48,042 bases of DNA. Source: a bacterium (GTDB lineage: Bacteria > Patescibacteriota > Dojkabacteria > GCA-016699595 > JBAXKR01). The stretch covers positions 1 to 48,042 of the forward strand of contig JBAXRR010000004.1 in NCBI GenBank assembly GCA_037131125.1, written 5' to 3'. The notes under the pieces are model-generated. The model had not been told where the DNA came from, did no database searches, and was given only the letters and a program-made list of their open reading frames with translations. Numbering within the stretch: position 1 is the stretch's first letter; each line of letters starts with the position of its first letter. Both the position numbers and the translations under genes were made by a program. This document shows, piece after piece, positions 11,901 to 20,593 of the stretch.

Positions 11901-14900
11901 TAACATAGGCATTTCCAGTTGCTGCACAAATATTGTCTGAACCGTCTGTAGTTATTCCGAAATTGAAACCATTATATTGAGTAGTTTGCTGAACAAATAC
12001 GGTTTGGTTTCTTCCTACATCATAGGACGTTTTATATGCCCAAGCTGATATCGTAAAGCTATTTCTGTTTCCAAATTTTAAATTAGGATAGGTTACATCT
12101 ACATAATTATCATAACCAAATGTACGCGCATTATTGTAATGACCAGTCGTTACAGCTGCCCCCACTGAAGTCCCAGAAAGATTATTACCTGAAGAGTCTG
12201 CAACATTAGTACCACTAGTTTCATCCAGTCTCCAATGTGCAACCTCACCTTCATCTAATACAATTTGTGGATTGGTTAAAGTATTAGAATTTGCAGTATT
12301 ATCTATCGTCATAGACTTTCTGTAACTTGCAGTATCTTCTTGATTTGTATAGTTACCTGCAATTGATAAAGTTCCACTAGGTGCAGTAACAGTTCCTTTA
12401 ATAATCGTAAAATTACAATCAAGAGTTACATTCGCAGAAGAAAATGACCATGTTCCACCTAGTCCATTAAATGTTAAATTACAAAATTGAGAAGGCGAAG
12501 TCATTGTTCCAGATAATGTATGTCCAGTTGTTGTAGATGACATAAGCACTGTCCCAGAGTTATTAATAAATGTTGCCGAATTTGTATAATTCCCTCCAAT
12601 TGATAAAGTACCACTTGAAGCAGTTACTGTTCCATTTGTAATCGTAAAATTGTTATTTATATCCGCATTAGTCGATCCAAATGTCCATGCACCACCGACT
12701 CCATTAAAAGTCAGGTTATAGAAAGCTGAAGAACCTGTCATTGTTCCTGAGAGTGTTCGACCTCCTGAAGTAGCATTCATCAATACAGTTCCGTTATTAT
12801 GAATAAAGCTAGCACCATTATAGTAACTAGTTCCTAATGTCAAAGTTGAAGATGGAGCTGTCACACTCCCATTAAAAATATCAAAAACATCTGTCACAGT
12901 TGCAGAATTTGACCCAAAAGACCATGCTCCTCCAACTCCATCAAAGAATAAATCATAGAAAGAAGAAGAGCCTGTCATTGTTCCGGATAATGTATTTCCA
13001 GTAGTCGTAGAGTTAAAGATAATTCCACCAGAGTTGTTAGTAAATGTTCCTGAGTTAGAATAACTTCCACCTATATACATATTATCAAAAGGAGCAACAA
13101 CAGTTCCATTAGTTATGGTGAAATTATGAGTAACAGAAGTCGGATTACTTGAGAATGTCCATCCCCCACCTGATCCATTAAATTGAATATTGTAAAAATT
13201 TCCATTAGTAATTGTCTTCCCTGTTGTAGTTGCATTGAATAAAACAAGACCTGAGTTTGGAATAAATGTACCACCATTTGAATAATTACCAGTAATAGTA
13301 AGTGTAGTTGAAGGTGCTGTTACTGTTGCTGTTGAAGCTGTAATAGTAAAATTATTTATTACAGTTGCAGGATACGCCCCAAATGAAAACTCTCCACCAT
13401 CTAATCCATCAATAGTTAAGTTATAAAAAGAAGAAGAGCCTGTCATTGTCCCACTTAATGTATTGCCTATATTACCTGAACTCATATATACAGTACCTGA
13501 GTTATGTACAAATGTACCTGAATTAGAATAACTTCCTCCCAAAAACAATGTGACTAATGAGGATGGTGCAGTTACTGTGCCATTTGTTATCGTAAAATTA
13601 TTCCATACTGTTACGCCATTTGATCCAAATGACCATGCACCACCTACGCCATTAAATGTTAAGTTGGCAAAGTTATTAGTAATACCACCTGACATTAATC
13701 CGGAAAGCGTTTTACCCGTTATCGTTGCATTCATCAAAACTGTACCCGAATTGGAGATAAATGTTGCAGCATTCGAAAAGTTTCCTCCTATTGTGAGTGT
13801 TGTTGAGGGAAAGGTTATCGTCCCATTTGTTATTACCAAATCATTTACAACAGTAGCTGCATTACCTCCAAATGACCATGCTCCACCTACTCCATTAAAT
13901 GTTAGGTTATAGAAACTGGATGTTGTTGTCATTGTTCCAGAAAGTGTTTTCCCAGGATTTGGAGCATTAAATATCACAGTCCCTGAATTATGTGTGAATG
14001 TTCCTGAATTTGAATAATTATTTCCTATCGTTAAAGTTGTAGATGGAGCTGTTACTGTTCCATTTGTTATTGTGAAATTATAAACAACTAGTACATTATT
14101 CGCTCCAAATGACCATGCTCCACCTGATCCATTAAACGTTAGGTTATAGAAACTGGACGTTGTTGTCATTGTTCCTACTAACGTCTTTCCAGTTGTTGTT
14201 GAATTAAATGTTACAGTTCCAGAATTGTGGGTAAATGTTGCCGAATTGGAATAATTACCAGTTATTGTTAATGTTGTTGATGGTGCCGTTAGCGTACCTA
14301 ATGTTATTGTAAAATCATTTGCAACTGTTGCGCTATTTGCTCCAAATGACCATGCACCTCCTGAACCATTAAATGTTAAATTATAAAAAGAGCTAGTTGT
14401 TGTCATAGTTCCAGAAAGTGTTTTTCCAGTTGTCGTTGCATTAAATAATACCGTTCCTGAGTTATGTGTAAACGTTCCCGAATTGGAATAACTTCCAGTT
14501 ATAGTTAATGTTGTCGATGGTGCAGTTACTGTACCTGCTGTTATTGTAAGGTTATTTGCAACTGTTGCACTATTTGCAGCAAACGACCATGCTCCACCTG
14601 ATCCATTAAACGTTAGGTTATAGAAACTGGAAGTTGTTGTCATTGTTCCTACTAACGTCTTTCCTGTCGTTGTTGAATTAAATGTTACAGTTCCAGAATT
14701 GTGAGTAAATGTTGCCGAATTAGAATAATTACCAGTTATTGTTAATGTTGTTGACGGCGCCGTTAGCGTACCTAATGTTATTGTAAAATCATTTGCAACT
14801 GTTGCGCTATTTGCTCCAAATGACCATGCACCTCCTGAACCATTAAATGTTAAGTTATAGAAGCTGGACGTTGTTGTCATTACTCCTGCTAATGTTTTTG

Positions 14901-17900
14901 CTGTAGTTGTAGAATTAAAAAGAACCGTTCCTGAATTATGGGTAAATGTACCCGAATTGGAATAACTTCCAGTTATAGTTAATGTTGTCGATGGAGCAGT
15001 TACTGTGCCTGCTGTTATTGTAAGGTTATTTGCAACAGTTGCATTATTAGCTCCAAATGTCCAAGCTCCACCAGAGCCATTGAACGTTAGGTTATAGAAA
15101 CTGGATGTTGTTGTCATTGTTCCAGACATAGTATATCCGTTTACCGCTTGATTCCTAGCGACAGATATCTGAGCTTGTGTTAATGCATAGTCATAAACTT
15201 TTGGCTCATCTATAGTTCCATTAAAATATCTTCCTGCATAAGATGGTTCATGACCTACTTCGAAAGCATTATTTGGTGCATATGGCGTTGAGGCTGATGT
15301 TCCTGATGTCTGTGTTCCATTTACGTAAAACTTAGTAATTCCTGCCTCTCTTACCATTGCAACGTAATACCAAGTACTTGAGCTTAATGTATATCCACTA
15401 TCTATCCAAACGATTGCTCCAAGTAATCCAACAAGATTAGAACCTGATCCACCACCACCATTACCAATTCCAAAACCATATCCACCTGAATCGTTACCGT
15501 TATAGATTATCATCGGAGAAGTTTGAGGAAGAGTTGCCGTATATATCCATGCAGACATTGAATAGTTATTTGTAAGTGAATTTGCCTTATTTGTTGCATA
15601 TACCCTAGATGATGATCCATTAAAACTTAATGCTGTGTCATATTTACCTGCTACCCATGATGTATTTGCTGCAGTTCCATTTTGTCCCCCCACTACTTTT
15701 GTGTTAATTGCAGTACCTGTATTTTCATCAAAGTTCCAGTAAAGACTTGGATTTGTTATACCAACTCCATTCATATTTACTGTTCCAGAATTATGTGTAA
15801 AAGTTCCTGCGTTTGAATAATTTCCTGCAACTGAAAGTGTTGTTGATGGTGCTGTAAGTGTACCTGCAGTTATTGTGAGATTTCCTGCAACATCTGCCGA
15901 GTTTGCAGCAAATGACCAGGCTCCACCAGAGCCATTGAATGTAAGATCATAGAAAGCTGATGTTGTTGTCATTGTTCCTACTAATGTTTTACCTACAGCT
16001 GTTGAATTCATTAAAACTATTCCATAGTTATGTGTGAATGTTCCTGAATTTGAATAACTACCAGTTATAGTCAGTGTTGTTGAGGGTGCTGTTACTGTAC
16101 CTAAAGTAATGGTGAAATCGTTCGCCACAGTTGCTGGGTTTGCAGCAAATGACCATGCTCCACCTGAGCCATTGAATGTTAGGTTATAGAAAGAGCTGGT
16201 TGTTGTCATAGTCCCAGCTAAGGTATTACCTGCATCAGTTGCACTCATTGTTACAGTTCCAGAATTATGTGTAAAAGTTCCTGAATTAGAATAGTTATTT
16301 CCTATTGTTAAGGTAGTGGATGGTGCAGTTACTGTACCATTCGTGATTGTAAAATCGTTACTTACAGTTGCTGCATTTGCACCAAAAGTCCATGCTCCAC
16401 CAACGCCATTAAATGTTAGATTATAGAATGCAGATGTTGTGGTCAAAGTAGGACCTAATGTTCCACCACCACTAGTCCTGGTCATATTAACCGTGGATGT
16501 TCCCGCAGTAAATGTACCCGCATTCCCCCATGAACCTGCAACATTAATAGTATTCGCACCAGCAGATATAGTCCCGTTGTTTGCCATATGAAAAGTATTT
16601 ACAGTCCCACCAGGTGTATATGTATTTGAAGGATATATATATAGTTTTTCTTGAGTAGAAAATCCGGTATTATCGACCGTTAATGTTGTACCTGAATTAT
16701 CAAAAAATACATCTGCACTTCCCGACACACTATTATCATAAGTCCCGATATCTGTATTGGAAAGATTTGCATTATCCGTATTTCCTAACATCAGATGCTC
16801 TTTATCTAGTTCAATATTTGTAATATCTCCAGTACCATCGTACTTTGTCACCGCCGCAGCTTTATCCGCGTTAGCTGCTCCCTCAATGTATACAGTTACC
16901 ACAGCATTCGTTGCAGGTTTTGTAATTTCTCCAACTGTCCAAGTACCTGCAACTGTTGGTTGTATCTGTGGTTGTAAAACGCTTCCCACTGCAACTCTAA
17001 TAGTTCCAGTATCTCCACATGCAGTAGATTCATCAAATGCTTTACAAGTACCACTTACATTTATTGTAATAGGAGAATACTCAACAAGTAACCACATAGA
17101 AGTTACCCTAATATTGTTTGCAGTATCTACAGTTTCCCTTGCACCAACTTGCGCTCCATCAAGTGCCGATGATGTCCAGGCAGTTTCCTGTTCTGGTCTT
17201 GTGTATGATGTTAGTTGGTAATTTCTTGGAGCAGCAGAATTATTCGTAAACCATGTAGTGTTTGGAGTCATAACGTTTCCACTTTCTGAAAATGGTCCCC
17301 CTGTACCATCCTTAATTCTTAGAGCAAAAGCCATAGTTGAATTTACGTCTACAGTAGCTCTAACTCCTGCAGAAACTAAATTAATTGTTTGAGTTGCATC
17401 AATTGTATATGTACTTGAATCTTGGACGTTAGCTTCAAATACTGCATTAAGAGTTGAAGTAGTAACATAATCTGTTATATCGTTAGGAGGAACTTCATCA
17501 ACATTTGTATACGTATTTGTCCATCCAGAAGTGTCTCCAGCACCATTTGGAAGAAGGTGAACTATTTTACCTGGTCCTGGATATCCGTTTTGAGTTGTAC
17601 CAACATTTTGATTAATGGCAACATCATCATATATCCAGTCTCCTGTTGTTTGAGCTTCTGAATTCAAGTTTCCACCAAGTCCCAATTGATATACACCAGA
17701 AGATAAAGTTCTTGAAGAACTTGTTGCAAATACATTACCATCCACTTTTCCCTCTACAACCTGAGATCCTCCTGCAAGTGATGCATCCGCTTTTATTTCG
17801 ATTCTGTACCAAGTGGTTAAAGAAAGAGCAGTTGAAGCTGAGCCTATTACTCCAACGTTATCATAAAGTTTTAGAGCTCTTGTATTATCTACAGTAATAT

Positions 17901-20496
17901 ATGCAATAGCTGTACCTGAGGAATTTCTTACATCTATGATCCTATTTTCTGCACTCGGAGCAGTGTTAATATATATGTATGCTCGGAAATAGTATGGACC
18001 ATTGCTATTTGCACTAGCAAATTGATAATTAACTGCTTTTCTTGTTGTACTTGCAAGTGTGTTTATCTGAAGAGCTGCTGCTCCAGATCTTTTTGTTGCA
18101 GTAGTTATAGCTGGAGTACTATTAATTGTTGTCCATTCCATATCTGCAGTCACACTTTGAAGTTCAAAACCTGAAGAAAATACTCTTCCTCCTTCTGCTG
18201 GAACATACTCAACAGTTACCCAAACAGTACTAATACTAAATACTGGAGAACAGTCTACTGCATTTAATCTTACAGTCATTCCGTCTACTATAGATGGTGT
18301 AAGAGTTCCATAATTTGCTGCCCCAGGATCATCATATGAGAATATTGGAGGATTTTCAGGATAGGTATCATCGTTTGTGTAGTAAGTTGTGGTTACTGCC
18401 ATAGCTACTGTTGCTGAAGTATCTATTCCTCCTCCTGCATTTAAAAGAGAAATAGAATAGGAGTTACCTAGATTAGACGCAGCACCTCCTACTCTTACAT
18501 TCCCAGCAGCTAGCTTTATTATATCGTTTGCACCAATTCCAGGAGTACTGGTATTCTGCAATGTATAGTCCTCAAGTTGACCATTAGCACTACAAGTGAT
18601 AACAGTGCCAGCATCATCTGGAGTAACTTCTTTTACGTTATTAAAATCATTAGTCCATGCTGTATTTGTACCATTTCCATCTGGATGAAGATTTACAACT
18701 TTTCCACTACCTGGCCAGTTGAATTGACTTGCATATGAATCTTGGTTAATTGCAAGATCATCCCAAAAGAAGTTAGCTGTTCCGGATTGTAAAATACCAA
18801 GATCCAAAAATGTAATACCGTTAACAAGATTTTGTGTTGTAGATCTCGCGAAACTTACTCCATCAATTCTTGCTGACATTATTGTGTTTCCCGTTCCATT
18901 AGTTCCAAAATCAAATTCCATCTCCAGCCTATACCATGTATTTGTGGAAAGAGCAGAAGAATTAGATCCAACTTGAGCATTGTCTTCTTCATTATATAAC
19001 TGAAGAATTCCTCCTGTTGTCATACGAAGACACTCCTTGTATGTACCTGCATTATCCCTAAAACACATAACTTGAATGGTTCCATTTGGAAGTGTAGATA
19101 TTCTAATATATGCTCTAGCATATGTAGCAGTTGCAGTATCAGCAGCACTCGTAAATTCATACCTAATTCCACTCGTTGCAGCGCCTCCTAAAGTAGTGTT
19201 AAGTGAATACGTTCCTGATCTTACAGTACCTGAAGATATTGTTGGAGTTGTTCCAATATTTGCAGTGTATTCCATATCTGCCGTAGTACTATTGAGTTCA
19301 AACCCTGAAGTCCAAAGTCTAGTAGGATACGTATATCCAACACTATCCACTGCTATTTGCCACATTCTTTTTTCTACATACAAATCTGATGTTCCATCTG
19401 AAATAGTAATCTTCCCTAAGTTGTAAAACTCAGGACTTATTTCAGGTGCTTTATATGTATATCCAAGAGTAACTTCTTCTCCTGCTTTCATATCTACTTT
19501 GTATGAAATCTTTTGAGAAGTTTCACCTCCAGCTACTTCCGATTTATCTTGTCCATCCATTCCCTCAATATTTTTTATATTAAAAGAACTTGGAACTTGC
19601 TCAACAATAGTACCTATGAAATCATTTTTAGATTTGACTTTGATAGTTACTGGATATTCTAAAACAGGATATATTCTAGTTGCAGTTATTCTTGTAATTT
19701 GAAAGTCTAAACTATCCTTTACACTAACTACAGAATCCATACTTCGCTCGCCATTAGGAGTTATTGCTTTTAGTTGAAAAGTATAATCTCCGACTTCATC
19801 AAATTTATAACTAGCCTTGTAGTCTGGGACTAGGGTAAATTCTTTTTTATTACAATAATCTGTTACTGCAATTGTTTTATCTTTTGTAGATAAAGTCGTA
19901 ACAACTTTAGATGGAGAAGTAATTTGTAATGTCATTTGAGCTTTACAGACCATCTCACCTTTATCGTCAAGAACAGACATTTGAATATCACCAGTTTCTC
20001 CAACTAGGTAACTATCTTTGTTTGTATTTAACGCAAGAACTCCCCATTCAAAATTATTTGTATACACAACTTCGGTTCCATCTGTAATTTCAATTGTGTT
20101 AACACCTGGAGTCATCTCACTAGGAGGATTAATTAACAAAAGACCATTTGCATCTACTTTATATTTTAATTGTTTTCTATCTCCTTTGGCATTCTTGGAA
20201 TAAACAAAAAGTTTGTCTGGAACATATCTACCTAACTCAACTTTTAGCTCATCAGTCGCAGCATAATTTGTTTTTTGAAGATGGATGTCAGATTTAGTAA
20301 GGCTTCTTTGAATTTTCCCTATATTTTCACCCGGATTAGATACGACAGTATCAATAAACTGGCTCTTTAGAAGAATTGAAGTGACTATTTGAAAGATAAG
20401 AAACAAACCTAAGACTAACAGTGTGGATCTTAAAGTAAATTTAATGATTGTTTTTTTATTGAAAATCTTCCCCAATTTCTTATGAAATGGATACAA
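5986..20496 (-). CDS. Giant surface adhesin-like protein (4836 aa): N-terminal TM, duplicated lectin-like modules, ~21 79-aa repeats, 5 LamG-like domains, 2 DUF2341-like domains, FN3-like domains, WxL-like C-terminus
   Basis: Uninterrupted 14.5 kb ORF from TTG. LamG motifs (YWNFDE...FNGTIDEPKVYDYAL; HWRLDE...GKVDEVRVYDRVL); DUF2341 motifs (DLRF.. SDG..QL.YWVE...VWVKVP...IYVYYGN); FN3-like YHWQARTKD and YFFNVRATDNA; ends SGQYVTSIVYTVIPQY. Confidence 0.9.
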   Translation of the reverse strand: MYPFHKKLGKIFNKKTIIKFTLRSTLLVLGLFLIFQIVTSILLKSQFIDTVVSNPGENIGKIQRSLTKSDIHLQKTNYAATDELKVELGRYVPDKLFVYSKNAKGDRKQLKYKVDANGLLLINPPSEMTPGVNTIEITDGTEVVYTNNFEWGVLALNTNKDSYLVGETGDIQMSVLDDKGEMVCKAQMTLQITSPSKVVTTLSTKDKTIAVTDYCNKKEFTLVPDYKASYKFDEVGDYTFQLKAITPNGERSMDSVVSVKDSLDFQITRITATRIYPVLEYPVTIKVKSKNDFIGTIVEQVPSSFNIKNIEGMDGQDKSEVAGGETSQKISYKVDMKAGEEVTLGYTYKAPEISPEFYNLGKITISDGTSDLYVEKRMWQIAVDSVGYTYPTRLWTSGFELNSTTADMEYTANIGTTPTISSGTVRSGTYSLNTTLGGAATSGIRYEFTSAADTATATYARAYIRISTLPNGTIQVMCFRDNAGTYKECLRMTTGGILQLYNEEDNAQVGSNSSALSTNTWYRLEMEFDFGTNGTGNTIMSARIDGVSFARSTTQNLVNGITFLDLGILQSGTANFFWDDLAINQDSYASQFNWPGSGKVVNLHPDGNGTNTAWTNDFNNVKEVTPDDAGTVITCSANGQLEDYTLQNTSTPGIGANDIIKLAAGNVRVGGAASNLGNSYSISLLNAGGGIDTSATVAMAVTTTYYTNDDTYPENPPIFSYDDPGAANYGTLTPSIVDGMTVRLNAVDCSPVFSISTVWVTVEYVPAEGGRVFSSGFELQSVTADMEWTTINSTPAITTATKRSGAAALQINTLASTTRKAVNYQFASANSNGPYYFRAYIYINTAPSAENRIIDVRNSSGTAIAYITVDNTRALKLYDNVGVIGSASTALSLTTWYRIEIKADASLAGGSQVVEGKVDGNVFATSSSRTLSSGVYQLGLGGNLNSEAQTTGDWIYDDVAINQNVGTTQNGYPGPGKIVHLLPNGAGDTSGWTNTYTNVDEVPPNDITDYVTTSTLNAVFEANVQDSSTYTIDATQTINLVSAGVRATVDVNSTMAFALRIKDGTGGPFSESGNVMTPNTTWFTNNSAAPRNYQLTSYTRPEQETAWTSSALDGAQVGARETVDTANNIRVTSMWLLVEYSPITINVSGTCKAFDESTACGDTGTIRVAVGSVLQPQIQPTVAGTWTVGEITKPATNAVVTVYIEGAANADKAAAVTKYDGTGDITNIELDKEHLMLGNTDNANLSNTDIGTYDNSVSGSADVFFDNSGTTLTVDNTGFSTQEKLYIYPSNTYTPGGTVNTFHMANNGTISAGANTINVAGSWGNAGTFTAGTSTVNMTRTSGGGTLGPTLTTTSAFYNLTFNGVGGAWTFGANAATVSNDFTITNGTVTAPSTTLTIGNNYSNSGTFTHNSGTVTMSATDAGNTLAGTMTTTSSFYNLTFNGSGGAWSFAANPATVANDFTITLGTVTAPSTTLTITGSYSNSGTFTHNYGIVLMNSTAVGKTLVGTMTTTSAFYDLTFNGSGGAWSFAANSADVAGNLTITAGTLTAPSTTLSVAGNYSNAGTFTHNSGTVNMNGVGITNPSLYWNFDENTGTAINTKVVGGQNGTAANTSWVAGKYDTALSFNGSSSRVYATNKANSLTNNYSMSAWIYTATLPQTSPMIIYNGNDSGGYGFGIGNGGGGSGSNLVGLLGAIVWIDSGYTLSSSTWYYVAMVREAGITKFYVNGTQTSGTSASTPYAPNNAFEVGHEPSYAGRYFNGTIDEPKVYDYALTQAQISVARNQAVNGYTMSGTMTTTSSFYNLTFNGSGGAWTFGANNATVANNLTITAGTVTAPSTTLTITGSYSNSGTFTHNSGTVLFNSTTTAKTLAGVMTTTSSFYNLTFNGSGGAWSFGANSATVANDFTITLGTLTAPSTTLTITGNYSNSATFTHNSGTVTFNSTTTGKTLVGTMTTTSSFYNLTFNGSGGAWSFAANSATVANNLTITAGTVTAPSTTLTITGSYSNSGTFTHNSGTVLFNATTTGKTLSGTMTTTSSFYNLTFNGSGGAWSFGANSATVANDFTITLGTLTAPSTTLTITGNYSNSATFTHNSGTVTFNSTTTGKTLVGTMTTTSSFYNLTFNGSGGAWSFGANNVLVVYNFTITNGTVTAPSTTLTIGNNYSNSGTFTHNSGTVIFNAPNPGKTLSGTMTTTSSFYNLTFNGVGGAWSFGGNAATVVNDLVITNGTITFPSTTLTIGGNFSNAATFISNSGTVLMNATITGKTLSGLMSGGITNNFANLTFNGVGGAWSFGSNGVTVWNNFTITNGTVTAPSSLVTLFLGGSYSNSGTFVHNSGTVYMSSGNIGNTLSGTMTGSSSFYNLTIDGLDGGEFSFGAYPATVINNFTITASTATVTAPSTTLTITGNYSNGGTFIPNSGLVLFNATTTGKTITNGNFYNIQFNGSGGGWTFSSNPTSVTHNFTITNGTVVAPFDNMYIGGSYSNSGTFTNNSGGIIFNSTTTGNTLSGTMTGSSSFYDLFFDGVGGAWSFGSNSATVTDVFDIFNGSVTAPSSTLTLGTSYYNGASFIHNNGTVLMNATSGGRTLSGTMTGSSAFYNLTFNGVGGAWTFGSTNADINNNFTITNGTVTASSGTLSIGGNYTNSATFINNSGTVLMSSTTTGHTLSGTMTSPSQFCNLTFNGLGGTWSFSSANVTLDCNFTIIKGTVTAPSGTLSIAGNYTNQEDTASYRKSMTIDNTANSNTLTNPQIVLDEGEVAHWRLDETSGTNVADSSGNNLSGTSVGAAVTTGHYNNARTFGYDNYVDVTYPNLKFGNRNSFTISAWAYKTSYDVGRNQTVFVQQTTQYNGFNFGITTDGSDNICAATGNAYVMGYYACSPISLNTWTFVTMTYNNGAIILYVDGSQTATATYTGGDVESPDWVATIGNDYYSTTSRYWDGKVDEVRVYDRVLSPTEVAFLHTNNLSPLLGSIYTHTQEGGQDLRFVNSDGTSQLSYWVEKYTASGENARVRVLIPSISANSTKDIYINYGDPTATSNSSVIPFQDTSTNSDANLMGLWRMDEATGTTLIDSSTHGNTGTFIGTTGGQWQGGKIGPGLQFDGGSNSVSVNNSSSVQVGNNVTMSMWIRKTMETNYGMYMTKNFSPSGGDSTGWYQLMNYGTSGRLSFRATNDGDDLISNASIPIDTWTHIAVTYDGSTATIYINGAYDNSISKTVTPVQTTDPLIIGARSDGMQNGVILDAVRLYNRALNSTEILALLPPNRPFVSGLGSEVAGVFSNSGIFTHNNGTVLMNSTSTGKTLVGNMTTPSAFYNLTFNGSGGAWTFAAYPASAENNFTITTGTVTAPSTTLSVGGNYSNSGVYTHNSGTFIANPASGSKTLSGTMTGSSSFYNFTSNGANAFANIDFGANSATVVNDFSHQGGSLTFPSTTLTVGGNFSLASPISNNGGTIIMNATTTGKTITGIGTYGWINVRPLYNLIFNGVGGGWTLGPGSSNSSGAAIQNDFTITNGTVIAPTTNLQIGGNYSNSGTFTNSSGTVTMIATSGGKTLSGSMIGSSSFYNLIFDGSGGAWSFATNPATVANDLTVTTGNVTAPSTTLSIGGNYSNSDTFTHNSGTVLMNSTATGKTLSGTMTSSSSFYNLVFNGTGGAWSFGSNAATTINDFSIIAGNVTAPSSTLTVGGNYSNSELSPNSGKYRKAITVDNSSNSNALSNYQVKVDEGEIGRWKMDENTGTSVANSANTTNSTNVSLNNATWTSSGQYSNAVVLNGSSAYGTVSNLPDMNSITLSVWVKRSGNGSNGYPRIVSWTNYGLEIADYNNTGVLGINTPAIGWINTGQSFGAGWNNIALTVSGTTTKLYFNGSYINTYTGGLSASGTMYIGKAYTLSEYFNGQIDETRIYDHALSSTDISSLYTNNRSPMLDTVYSNTQESGADLRFTDSDGTTQLNYWVERYTASGQNAKVWVKVPSIGASTTKTIYVYYGNPTASSNSSVSNTFVREVSNLNRSYSMDEASWTANCSSNTVFDSSGNGYHLKACNAGATVTAGKFGNGGSFSSAYLSGTYAYIQYQTFLTWAKPTGAGSIITSMPSSNSMVAEFDGSGNLTCSVVPAAHFAWHSCASSGVNMLSAWHYVGCSFDSSGNINVFVDGAVNNSCSTGHTTGLYNYGDTIFQIGKSYSGAYYPGQLDQYQVFSSALTTPEVTDLYNNYGYSTLNYTGKVLVRKYSSPEPGVSAVGAETANSSALGTFTHNSGTVIMNSTSTGKTLSGTMTTSSAFNNLWFDGVGGAWSFDVSPATVLNDFLINNGAVTAPSTTLLISEHFTNLSGTFTHNSGTVTFNDNTKISQIEYKSDTTFYNFSSVTGGKQIFLENVNQTNVTGTLTINGQACGSFIKLYSDASGNQAKLNATGTVSITYAEIKDSNAIVALTATNSKRISNDTNWTITGGVCNGVPNSPSSLAQKFTSNVVINTGDWINQNSINFTANISDPNNPDTIYLCVELVPIATTFSNYETLCSTGYSYTGSPVAATVSMTSITDQTEYHWQARTKDIFGEYSAWVSYGANLESVRDVGLDLTVPTGGTVYDGTSIGSDISFNNGSLSSISANWSGFDSTISGLNHYDYSIGTTQGGTDVVGWTANSTSTSVTVSSLTLISSKMYFFNVRATDNATNISSVVSSNGQVVAPSLSFSLDTNTINFGNLNGNNSYETTKTNVLTTSTNAYNGYLIKAYETDLLRSVANGSLTIPNFSLGSYATPSGWTGSNYGFGYSSSDTSIQGSGKFPASGSCLGTGTAPCYAPFATSGPGDIVADHTATVSGTPITNETFTITYKVKTQSTQTSGQYVTSIVYTVIPQY
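7560..16450 (-). repeat. Intragenic tandem repeat, 237-bp (79-aa) unit, about 21 copies, interrupted three times by inserted domains
   Basis: Unit GTMTTTSSFYNLTFNGSGGAWSFGANSATVANDFTITLGTLTAPSTTLTITGNYSNSATFTHNSGTVTFNSTTTGKTLV. Met codons fall at 14167, 14404, 14641 and 14878 (237-bp spacing). Boundaries are approximate. Confidence 0.9.
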
Positions 20497-20510
20497 ATAT
20501 ATATACTAAC

Positions 20511-20539
20511 ATTATGTAAATAATCGAGTATGATGTCAA
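20511..20539 (-). promoter_or_regulatory. Sigma70-type promoter TTGACA-N17-CATAAT for the giant adhesin / WxL-like operon
   Basis: Minus strand TTGACA (20539-20534), 17-nt spacer, CATAAT (20516-20511), 14 nt before the TTG start. Confidence 0.65.
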
Positions 20540-20593
20540 TAAATATGGGATTATTGGGACTTTATCTATGCAGAAAAAAGAATTAATTTCAAA

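Noticed and set aside
7560-16450. Regularly spaced DNA repeats as a CRISPR array or mobile element
   Set aside because: The 237-bp period is in frame with synonymous variation, so this is a protein repeat.
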